Shown here piece by piece: positions 1 through 8,543 of a stretch of DNA of 64,000 nt (positions are counted from its first letter, which is position 1; every line of letters starts with the position of its first letter). The stretch lies in NCBI GenBank assembly GCA_050011875.1, contig JBEKIG010000010.1:1-64000 (forward strand), written 5' to 3'. Source of the stretch: Nitrososphaeria archaeon. GTDB taxonomy: Archaea; Thermoproteota; Nitrososphaeria; JACIWG01. The notes under the pieces are model-generated. The model had not been told where the DNA came from and did not search any database. It worked only from the letters and a program-made list of their open reading frames with translations. The position numbers were made by a program, and so were the translations under genes.

Positions 1-1
1 T

Positions 2-64
2 ACACATAGAAAATGGTATGAAACTAAAGTTCTGGGAATAATTCCAACTCAAGGAGTAAAATAA
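2..64 (+). pseudogene. 3' end of an ORF entering the window; possibly a degenerate tyrosine-recombinase fragment
   Basis: Reads THRKWYETKVLGIIPTQGVK*; RKWYET loosely resembles the HxxRKxFxT box of archaeal integrases. Too short to be sure. Confidence 0.2.
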
Positions 65-208
65 GAGAAATCCGTCTTTTTTTGAATATTAGTAAGTATC
101 TATAACATATAGAGAATATATCTTGTTAAACTAACTCCAAGATCAGGCAGACAAGTGGTTTAAACCCTCTTTAAACCCTTAACCTGCACTATTTATCAGT
201 TAACACCC

Positions 209-221
209 TGGTGCCGAGGCC
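209..221 (-). repeat. Possible att-site remnant resembling a tRNA 3' end
   Basis: Minus strand reads GGCCTCGGCACCA, an acceptor-stem 3' half plus discriminator and CCA as in archaeal tRNA-Phe; only 13 bp. Confidence 0.3.
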
Positions 222-479
222 TTAAACTCGTTCAGGCAATACCAACAATCAAGCTGGCTCAGTTATTCAGATCTGCTATTCCTTCCAAATTTCTTTAGAT
301 AATGAAAAGCTCCTTGTCATTGGCAAATCATAACGCCAAAAAGTGCGTATCTGGATATTATAATTAATAATAAATTAAGCGTGATTTTAGCTTATAACGC
401 CAAAGCCAATGCGGCGTCCGGGATTTATATCCGAACGGATATGCAACCCAAATGAATAAGCTATATCGAATTCGCTACC

Positions 480-1946
480 TCAAGTTTCTACACTCCTGAT
501 ATCTTCTGGCTTTATGCCATATTTCCACAAAACAAAGGGCAACCCCTTTTCCGTGAAAGGCCACTTTTCGACCAAGAAGTTGGTTACATCCGTCTTTTTT
601 ATCTTCTCAATAATTTCTCGAATTGCTAATCCAGCAGTGAGCCCTATAATCGGATATTCCTTTAGTAGCCAGTTTAGGTAATCCCATCCTGCAGTAGCCC
701 CAGCTAACGCTGTCAAACCAACACCTAAATAGGCCGTGCTCTTGGCGATTTTCTCACGTTTGAACCAATCCTCAAGCTCCCTGTTATATCTCTCAGTTAT
801 TATTTCGCTCAGCTTCCCATAGGACTCCTTTACTTCGCTGAATTCATATCGATTGACAGCATTCTTTGATCGTATGATGTTTTCACTCAATTCCGGATCT
901 GGTTTTTCAATGAATCTATCTACTTTCCCTGGATCTGGATTGGATACGATGTTTGCTTCAAATGGAGCTGTGACAAGAGAAAGCGAGACTTTAGAAGTTG
1001 CCAAAACATCCATATTATCTTCCCAAAGTGAAGTGACTCTATCATCAGACACACGGAGATACTTCATTATCGTAACATCTTCCATGTCATAACTTGATAA
1101 TCCAAGTAGCCCAAAATTGCAGGGGTATATCAGATAACTGTAATAACCACTTAGCACCCCATAACCATGAAGATCATCCTTTCTCATGATTCTCTCTGCG
1201 ATCGTTGCCAATTTCTCGAAGCCAAATGAGTTAAGGTCAGTCAGTTGAGTTGCAGCGTTGTTTATTGTATTCTTTCTGTCAAATAATATGTTTGCTCTGA
1301 TTAGTTTCTCTACTGTCTCATTTGATATCATCTTCGCAATTCTGTCTCTATTCTCACGGAAATCGAGTTCAGAGTGTTTTCGGAAGATAAGTTCTTCCCA
1401 TCCATTTTCAAACGAAATCCCTTCTTTGGAAGCTAAATCATACAGTCTTGATCTTAGAATAAAACTCGACACGTTGAAACCTGCCATAGGTGGAGAATAC
1501 CCTTGCTTTTCACAAGCATGGAAGATTTCCTCATAAAATTCCGGTTTGAAATAGGAGGGAAGTTGACTTAAAGTCAAGATTATGGTTCCGTTAGATACCA
1601 GTTCAATGAACTTCCCGTATGTTATTCCAAGTTCTTCTGATAGCCCATGCACATACTGAAAGGTGGCTTTATCAGGGAAAGCATCTAGCATCATAAGAGT
1701 TGGTTGCGGTCTGATAGGTGACAACAGAAAGCTTGCTAGGTTTCTATATGGGTTAGCCTTTGCTCTATTGATGTCTCCTGGAGGATTCCATAACCCATAA
1801 CCTTTGCCTTCCAATTTAGGATACAACTCATCACCAACAAACGAAAGAATGGAGATTTCTTGGCCCACAGAAAGTTTTTCCAAATTCTTACGATTAATTT
1901 CTTCTTCAAGTTGAAGGACTTGCTTATCCAATTCCTTTAGATCCAT
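480..1946 (-). CDS. Hypothetical protein (~488 aa) with C-terminal hydrophobic helices
   Basis: Long ORF; start reassigned to ATG at 1946 because the upstream segment is a TATA-containing leader shared with 6932-6978; hydrophobic segments AYLGVGLTALAGATAG and PIIGLTAGLAI. Confidence 0.75.
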   Translation of the reverse strand: MDLKELDKQVLQLEEEINRKNLEKLSVGQEISILSFVGDELYPKLEGKGYGLWNPPGDINRAKANPYRNLASFLLSPIRPQPTLMMLDAFPDKATFQYVHGLSEELGITYGKFIELVSNGTIILTLSQLPSYFKPEFYEEIFHACEKQGYSPPMAGFNVSSFILRSRLYDLASKEGISFENGWEELIFRKHSELDFRENRDRIAKMISNETVEKLIRANILFDRKNTINNAATQLTDLNSFGFEKLATIAERIMRKDDLHGYGVLSGYYSYLIYPCNFGLLGLSSYDMEDVTIMKYLRVSDDRVTSLWEDNMDVLATSKVSLSLVTAPFEANIVSNPDPGKVDRFIEKPDPELSENIIRSKNAVNRYEFSEVKESYGKLSEIITERYNRELEDWFKREKIAKSTAYLGVGLTALAGATAGWDYLNWLLKEYPIIGLTAGLAIREIIEKIKKTDVTNFLVEKWPFTEKGLPFVLWKYGIKPEDIRSVET

Positions 1947-1990
1947 AGGAAAAGTCGCAAAACAGATAATGGGAGAAGTTAGATTTAAAA
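1944..1990 (-). promoter_or_regulatory. Duplicated promoter/leader, copy 1
   Basis: TTTTAAATCTAACTTCT...ACTTTTCCT-ATG; 41/47 nt identical to 6932-6978 by manual alignment. Confidence 0.7.
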
Positions 1991-2071
1991 CTTGTGAGTA
2001 AAATAGAGTCACAGATTATTTATTCTTTAAGAGATTACAACTTTCACATTGTGGAAATTAGCTTGGTTTAA

Positions 2072-2272
2072 TCACTTATATATCTTAATTGTCCATCTAC
2101 CTTCTTCATTTTCGTATTGCCATTTTCCTTCTTGGATTTCCACTTTGTGACCGTAAGGCTTTTCTCTTGAAACAAAGTCTAGCAATTCTTCTATGGTCTT
2201 AAATTCTTCGATGTATTTACCTCTTTCAATTCCTTTGACAATCATAAACTTCATATCTTTTACAAATATCAA
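2072..2272 (-). CDS. Small hypothetical protein
   Basis: 66-aa ORF with protein-like composition and a TTTATA TATA-like box upstream. Confidence 0.5.
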   Translation of the reverse strand: MIFVKDMKFMIVKGIERGKYIEEFKTIEELLDFVSREKPYGHKVEIQEGKWQYENEEGRWTIKIYK

Positions 2273-2336
2273 GAAATATCGTATATGTTATAAACTTTGG
2301 GATGATCTAAATTTACAAAAATCTATGAGAAAATGA

Positions 2337-2789
2337 TTATTCAAAGCATGGTCGAAGGTCTGGATTGTTCTCGACAATCTTATGCTTGACCTTTTCGATA
2401 TAGTTTTCTGGGATTTCATGTTCTTCAAGACCATCGATAATATATTTAGTATATTCATATGAAGTTTTTAATCCTTTGCATTTGTTGATTACTACATATG
2501 TCTGAGCTTTTATGATTTCTCCATCTTCCTTTTCAAGTTCAATCGGTTTACGTTCATACTTTGAACCTTCAATTTCGTCCAATGATTTTCTTCCTTGTTT
2601 TCTTGCACTCTCCCGTTCAATAAGATAGTCTGGAATTTCGTACACTACTCCCCAGACCTTGCTACCTTTTTTGCAGACCATATCCGCAGCCGCACAATTA
2701 TTACCTCCACTCCATACAGTAAAATCTAACTCGTAGTCACATATCGTCTTTGCAGTATACAAGAATCTTGCATCGACATTGCACAGGCA
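2337..2789 (-). pseudogene. Gamma-glutamylcyclotransferase (GGCT/AIG2-like), 5'-truncated
   Basis: VWGVVYEI, LDxxEG and AQTYV motifs; the frame extends upstream as CLCNVDARF then hits a stop; the N-terminal YFxYGSN motif is missing. Confidence 0.7.
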
Positions 2790-2958
2790 ATTTTTTTAAT
2801 TCCAATACGCAACTTAATATTAAAAAGGAAAAAAATAAAAAATAAAAAATATTTTTATAAAAAACGTTTATGTTTTACTTAAAAACCGTCTTATATGTCA
2901 TTTTGTGACATTCTCGGTCAAAAAAAGTTTAAGTAACGAGAATGTGTAACGCAAGGGT

Positions 2959-3369
2959 ATGTCAAGCCTTAGGGTTGATGCTGTTGAACTAGTAGACACT
3001 GATAAGCTCCTTTTACTCACACGTGCTTCCCATGAAACAAATGCTCCATTGTACATAGAAACTATAAACTACTATGTTTATCTCCTTGCTCATGAAGTCG
3101 GCTTTAACTATGCCTTTCGCTTTATGCCAAAACCTATCAGCTATGATCTGTCTGAAGATCTGAGAGACCTAAAAGATGCGCAATATATATCATGGGGTTC
3201 CCGGATAGAAATAACCGACAAGGGTTTATCTTCAACAGAGAATTATCTGCAGGACCAAGAAGTCAAGAAGATGTTTCAGGAAATGAAAAACTACTTGAAG
3301 GCCAACAGCCAGTACAACGAATTAGAGTTGTTCCAACGTGCGTATAACATAGCTACAAAAGGCATATAG
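2959..3369 (+). CDS. YwgA / Panacea (SocA)-like winged-helix protein
   Basis: YYVYLL..GFNYAF....PISYDLSEDLRDL....YI.....EITDKG fits the KLxYL..Y.F....GPYS..L..DL..L...G....Y.LT..G pattern; 3 nt upstream of the HD gene. Confidence 0.6.
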   Translation: MSSLRVDAVELVDTDKLLLLTRASHETNAPLYIETINYYVYLLAHEVGFNYAFRFMPKPISYDLSEDLRDLKDAQYISWGSRIEITDKGLSSTENYLQDQEVKKMFQEMKNYLKANSQYNELELFQRAYNIATKGI

Positions 3370-3372
3370 GAA

Positions 3373-5094
3373 TTGAGCTTTGACGACTTACTTCCATACC
3401 TTGAAAGGGAAAGAGTACAAGGCCCTGGATATTATTATGACCCAGTTTTCGAAAATATATATTTACCTCCTCTAATGCGCCAAGCACTTGATCTGCCAGA
3501 AATGCAGCGGTTACGCAGACTTAGGCAGCTTGGTCCATTGTACTTAGTTTTTCCAGGGGCTAATCATACCAGATTCGAACATTCTGTAGGAGTATACCAA
3601 CTTGTAGGCTTTATCTGGCAGACTCTTCAAAGAATGAACGAAGATATGAATTTGAATATGGATTTGAGCCATAATTTGTTCACAGCTGTCCAGTTGGCTG
3701 CAATATTTCATGATGTTGGCCATGGGCCATTTTCTCATGTTTTTGAAATGTTTTGCAGAAGATATCAAAAATATAAAGAATATGGACATGAGCAAATTAC
3801 CCATGAACTGATAAGTCAAGGTAGAGGAACTTATTGCAATATTCCAGTTTTCCTAAGGAGATTAGCGAAATCAAAAGAGAAAAATGGTGAAAGCAAATAT
3901 TCAGCACTTTTTGATCCTCTTAATATTGCAAACCTTGCGACTAGCAAGCCTCCTACTGCCCCTGGTTTCACTGACTACAATTTCCTTTCTGAAATCATCA
4001 GTTATGTTGCAGGAGCTGATAGGATGGATTATCTCCTCAGAGACTCTTTACACACAGGGGTTAGAATAGGTAGCACTGACATTTGGGAAATAATACATAA
4101 TTTTACACTCTGCAAAGACAACGGTGTATGGAGTCTGAAAGTTAGAAAAAACGCTGCTTCTGCAGTTGAAGCATTTTTAATGGCTAGAGATATAGCTTAT
4201 CGGAAGGTCTACTACAACGAAGTTCATAGAATGAATCAAGAATTAATTATTAGATCCATATATGGCCTAGTAGAAAAAGAATATTCTGAAGGAGAATTAG
4301 TCTTATTGGACGACGATGAGCTATTACATGCTTTCGAAAGCGAAAGAGGCACGGCTTTTACACACGATGTGGCAAGAAGAATCAAGACTAGGAAATTGTA
4401 TGAACCCCTTCCCTTCAGTTTGAATGCAGACTTGGATTTGACGGAAGAATCGAGGAATAATAGAAAAGAACTAATGAAAATCAAATATAAAGAACTAATG
4501 GAACTCGAAAGGCACCTTGCAAGCTTAGCATCATTACCTACTAGTCAGACTATAATTTTCGATCTGGAAATGGCTCCTTTATCCAAAGATGAGGATTTTA
4601 CGATAGCAACAATTTACGACCCAGATTCTCAAAAACTATATAGTCTCTTGCAGTGTTGTCCGCACCTTGAACTACTGTATGGCGAATACAAAGGTCCTTT
4701 TGGTTCTTTTCATCTTGGAGAGATATATATAAATAGACTTTCTAACTTCTACATTTATGTTCCTCTCGAGCTCATCGTTAGTATTCGAGATCGCGTTGAA
4801 GGAAGGTTAAAAGACAAAGCTCTTTCTGATAAAGAAGACAAAGCTCTTTCTGATAAAGAAGACAAAGCTCTTTCTGATAAAGAAGACAAAGCTCTTTCTG
4901 ATAAAGAATTAACAGACTATATTGCAAATAAATGTGATAATGAGTACAAAGATTTAACTGATATTGTAATATCATTTATAGATCTCCTTGGAATCACAGG
5001 AGTAAAGAAAGATGAGCTGAAAGAGAGATTTAAGCACAGCGTCTGTCTGCATCTTGGGCGGCTCACAAAGGATTCAAAAGCGCATAAGCCTTAA
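3373..5094 (+). CDS. HD-domain phosphohydrolase, SAMHD1/YwfO-like dNTP triphosphohydrolase family
   Basis: QRLRRLRQLG, HTRFEHSVGV, HDVGHGPFSH and ADRMDYLLRD motifs. Confidence 0.9.
   Translation: MSFDDLLPYLERERVQGPGYYYDPVFENIYLPPLMRQALDLPEMQRLRRLRQLGPLYLVFPGANHTRFEHSVGVYQLVGFIWQTLQRMNEDMNLNMDLSHNLFTAVQLAAIFHDVGHGPFSHVFEMFCRRYQKYKEYGHEQITHELISQGRGTYCNIPVFLRRLAKSKEKNGESKYSALFDPLNIANLATSKPPTAPGFTDYNFLSEIISYVAGADRMDYLLRDSLHTGVRIGSTDIWEIIHNFTLCKDNGVWSLKVRKNAASAVEAFLMARDIAYRKVYYNEVHRMNQELIIRSIYGLVEKEYSEGELVLLDDDELLHAFESERGTAFTHDVARRIKTRKLYEPLPFSLNADLDLTEESRNNRKELMKIKYKELMELERHLASLASLPTSQTIIFDLEMAPLSKDEDFTIATIYDPDSQKLYSLLQCCPHLELLYGEYKGPFGSFHLGEIYINRLSNFYIYVPLELIVSIRDRVEGRLKDKALSDKEDKALSDKEDKALSDKEDKALSDKELTDYIANKCDNEYKDLTDIVISFIDLLGITGVKKDELKERFKHSVCLHLGRLTKDSKAHKP
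4813..4908 (+). repeat. Perfect 24-bp tandem repeat x4, in frame (DKALSDKE)4
   Basis: GACAAAGCTCTTTCTGATAAAGAA repeated four times. Confidence 0.98.
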
Positions 5095-5275
5095 CCAATT
5101 CCTACTAGTTTATATGTTGAGAAACATAAGTTACGTCCAGAAAGCCCAAAAATAACGAAGGTCGCAAGAGAACTTGAAGAATTATTCAGACCTATCATAA
5201 CTGTTCTTATACTGGTCATAGGTTTGGAAGACTAATTACACAAAAATATCCAAATGAAAGTCTATTGAAGCTGCC

Positions 5276-6271
5276 TTAATAAAGTGTATTTGAATAAAGT
5301 CCCTCTAAGATTTTAATCTGTTTTTCTGCCCATTCAATTGATGCATAAACACTGTCTTCAAGGGTGGGATAAACTTCTTCACATAATTTGTCTATCACTT
5401 TCTGACTTTGTTCAGTTTTATAGCAAAAAGTATGTATTAATCTATGAATATTTGGAAAATGTGAAACCATCTTTGTCGAGCCAAATCCAACTTCCCTTAC
5501 TACAGCTGTTACATATTCAATATTTACACAAACTTCTAGTTCGAGTATAGCTCCAGACGGCCTTGAGTCTTCAGCCACCATAAACCTGCAAAGCGCTCCT
5601 ATTCTTATCATTTTTCCTCTTACACTTATCCAATCTATATCCTCGTAGTCCCTTAAAAATCGAGGTTCATAACCTCTACTCTTTAGAACTTCTTTAATTC
5701 GCTGCATTCTGCCTAAGATTTTCACATCGCTATCTTTCCCAAGCACAAGCACATTCTTCCCTAGTGTCTTCTTTAAATCCGAGAAAGACCTATTCTCTTC
5801 CTCCCTTAAGGTGACATATTCTTCGGTTAGTAAACTTTTTGAAATAGAATTTAACGCTGAAATAATTCCTTTACGAAGTTCGTCTTCATTCTTGTAGAAA
5901 ATAATTTGTTGTTCAAATAGTCTATTAATTTGTTGTTCAAATAGTCTATTAATGGAAGAAGAGGTGTCGAATGGAACCTGTCTGTATGGTATGCATACAA
6001 CAAGAGGCTTACTTTGCTTCCGTACAAGATTTGTCTCAAAACATAAAAGGTTGCTCGGAACGTAATCACCAACCACCGTAACAACAATATCTGCAGATAA
6101 TATCAGACTATTCACTTGTTGTATGGGAGATTCACCCTTTTTCAATTCCTTTGTTATAATCATAGAAGAGAATCCTTGGTTTAGAGCATCCTGCAAGAGA
6201 CCTTCTCCAAGCAATTTGTCAAATCCTAAATCAGTAAGAAAAAGGACTTTTAAATCAACATTCTGTTTCAT
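5276..6271 (-). CDS. Protein with two TIR / nucleoside-deoxyribosyltransferase-like domains
   Basis: N-half ILSADIVVTVV...SNLLCFETNL....KPLVV; C-half VLVLGKD...LKSRGY...CRFMVAEDSRPSGAILELEV; both carry a Glu in the helix after strand 3. Confidence 0.55.
   Translation of the reverse strand: MKQNVDLKVLFLTDLGFDKLLGEGLLQDALNQGFSSMIITKELKKGESPIQQVNSLILSADIVVTVVGDYVPSNLLCFETNLVRKQSKPLVVCIPYRQVPFDTSSSINRLFEQQINRLFEQQIIFYKNEDELRKGIISALNSISKSLLTEEYVTLREEENRSFSDLKKTLGKNVLVLGKDSDVKILGRMQRIKEVLKSRGYEPRFLRDYEDIDWISVRGKMIRIGALCRFMVAEDSRPSGAILELEVCVNIEYVTAVVREVGFGSTKMVSHFPNIHRLIHTFCYKTEQSQKVIDKLCEEVYPTLEDSVYASIEWAEKQIKILEGLYSNTLY
5902..5953. repeat. Perfect 24-bp tandem duplication, in frame (INRLFEQQ)2
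   Basis: TAATTTGTTGTTCAAATAGTCTAT x2 plus TAAT. Confidence 0.95.
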
Positions 6272-6934
6272 CTACCCTGTTCTTACTACAGAGTTCATAT
6301 TTATCTTTATTTATCAGTTCTGTCCCTAAAATAAGTGTCGATACGTCTTTTATTACTTGTTCAATATTAGAAAAATTCTTATGCATGTTATTTCTTTGTT
6401 GATGGAGTTTTAGGAGATTAACTAATTGCACTTTATGATCTGCGGATAACCGGTGCCTGTCCGTCTTGTTTACCAACATTAAATTTTACAGTATTTGATC
6501 CTCATCTATTGTCTCAGAACATGGTTGCATAGAATGGATTGACTCTCTCGGAATAAATGTTTCAGCAACTGTAATATGCTGTCCTTCTGGCCTATTTTCT
6601 ACTGTAGATTTTATGGCCGCTGATATTTGATGTCTGCTTGGCTCTGAGCATATTCGATTGTTGATAGAGTCGTCTCCCTCAGGGCAAAATTGCAGGCATC
6701 GATAACATCGCCTATAAACAGTTCAACACTATGCTGTCCAAAGGAAGATACACCTAATGACGATGGATCGGTAACGGTCAAAAAATATTTGGTCTGTAAA
6801 CCTTCTCCTACCTTAACCAGCCTTACACATCCCTTTGAATTAGTAAGAGTCAGATCTATATTGATATGCCCTTGTAATGAGGGAGGATCAGCTATTTCAT
6901 GGGCAAACAAAGGATGTTCAATTTCTGAGATCAT
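6255..6934 (-). pseudogene. Disrupted hypothetical gene (frameshift near 6615, nonsense codon near 6487)
   Basis: ORF from ATG 6934 stops at 6611; a shifted frame continues KSTVENRPEGQHITVAETF...DQIL*NLMLVNKTDRH into ORF 6255-6479. Confidence 0.55.
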
Positions 6935-6978
6935 AGGAAAAGTTACAAAAAAGGTAATGAAAGAAGTTAGATTTAAAA
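6932..6978 (-). promoter_or_regulatory. Duplicated promoter/leader, copy 2
   Basis: Near-identical to 1944-1990 and ends exactly at the ATG. Confidence 0.7.
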
Positions 6979-7319
6979 TTTGAGTACGATAATGCAATTT
7001 CTTGCACATACAGCCTTCCAATCGCATAACCTCCGGGGGTGTTGTTTTATTTATGGGTTTCAATTCAATCAACCCCCATCGGTAGCATTTGTTTTTGGAT
7101 TACATTGCCTTTTGGCTGTGCAGATGTTTGATTTCACAATTTATAAACTTTTTTTAATTTATTTCAACATTACTTAGCATGGCTTTTTTAACGTCAAAAA
7201 GGTCTCTCTGACCGCATTACAGACACTTTTTAGACATCATTAGGTAAATGTAAGTTGTTTCATTTAAGACTTACCGAGTTAGTAGCTTTAAATATTTCCA
7301 TTATTCTTAATTAAGAATT

Positions 7320-8252
7320 GTGTTGATTTCACCGCAGAATGATGAGGAACTAGGGAAAATGCTCCATCTAACAAATTCTATGGTTCCTCTACTTCTGAAA
7401 GCACGGCGAGGAGAGTCCTTGACAGATAAGGAAGATACGGATCTTCGCAATGGTTTCATGCAATTTTCAGACATGATTAATCTCAAGAAGTTGCTCATTT
7501 TTGATGGCGCTATTGTCGCAGAGTTTGCAAAACACCCAGGTCCAATTAGAAAGATGTTGCACGTCAATGAGTCTGTGGACAAAGTCCTTGGATCCTTTGA
7601 ATTAATTGTTCAAAAAGCTGATGACAGATTCAAAGATGAGACCATACGCGAAATGGAGTCAGGGAATAAAGAACGTATCAGGAAACTCATGGAAACGTTT
7701 AGAGGAGATGCGTTCGAAATCATTGGGCGAGCTTTCCTTCGTGAAATCGTCAAAGGAAAATGGTCGAATACAGTATATACGATCAAGCCATATTCAGACT
7801 TCGATGCATATGCATATACAGAGATCCCAAATGAAGACTATACAGAGATCCATATTGGGGAAGTTAAGGCAAATTTTGAGGAACGCGACATCCAGAAATT
7901 CTCAAATGGCATCTCAGGGCTTGTGAGAGAGATCAGTAAAGGAGAAGGAATCAAAAGCTCAACTATTAAGACGGCAGCAGTAGTAAGCTTTAGAACGTTA
8001 CAACATCGTGAGAAAATCATGGAGGAGGCCAAAGCTGAATGGGAGAGCGATACTGGTACCAAGCTGAATTTAGAGTTCTATGATGGCCAAGACATACTCC
8101 CTCGCCTTAAGAAAGCAGGCAACATTGGACAAAAATACTTGAATAGTATAAGATTCGCTATCCAAACTTTAGGCGATAATGAAAGAAAAGACTATAGTAT
8201 CTGGTTCAAAAAAAAGAAGACAAGTCAGAAAATGGAAAACATAATGCATTAA
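7320..8252 (+). CDS. PD-(D/E)xK nuclease, Mrr/restriction-endonuclease-like C-terminal domain
   Basis: FEIIG...DFDAYA...IGEVKA catalytic pattern; LEFYDGQDI resembles the Mrr-type C-terminal strand. Confidence 0.7.
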   Translation: MLISPQNDEELGKMLHLTNSMVPLLLKARRGESLTDKEDTDLRNGFMQFSDMINLKKLLIFDGAIVAEFAKHPGPIRKMLHVNESVDKVLGSFELIVQKADDRFKDETIREMESGNKERIRKLMETFRGDAFEIIGRAFLREIVKGKWSNTVYTIKPYSDFDAYAYTEIPNEDYTEIHIGEVKANFEERDIQKFSNGISGLVREISKGEGIKSSTIKTAAVVSFRTLQHREKIMEEAKAEWESDTGTKLNLEFYDGQDILPRLKKAGNIGQKYLNSIRFAIQTLGDNERKDYSIWFKKKKTSQKMENIMH

Positions 8253-8321
8253 AGCTATCATTAATCAAATGTCATCAAGAGTTTCTATTTTATCAATGTC
8301 AATGCTCTTTTTTTCCATTAG

Positions 8322-8522
8322 TCATTCTCTATCTTTAGCAAATAGCCATAGAATATGCAGAACTGCTCCCAATCCGATCAGCAAGAAGCCAATGTCAGAT
8401 GCTGATTGTGATATGCCAACATCCATTAATTCTGAGCAAAGAGACGTAAAGAGGAATAGCACGCCAGCTGCTATTAGTATTGTTGCTGGATTAGATGCTA
8501 TGAATTCAAATATTTCTTCCAT
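8322..8522 (-). CDS. Small two-TM membrane protein
   Basis: 66 aa with two hydrophobic helices; directly downstream of the R-M gene. Confidence 0.6.
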   Translation of the reverse strand: MEEIFEFIASNPATILIAAGVLFLFTSLCSELMDVGISQSASDIGFLLIGLGAVLHILWLFAKDRE

Positions 8523-8543
8523 TCTTTTGGGTATGGTTTAAAA

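Noticed and set aside
328-445. Two TAACGCCAAA-initiated segments as integron attC sites
   Set aside because: No matching GTT-containing R' ends or consistent long hairpin, and no integron integrase is seen.
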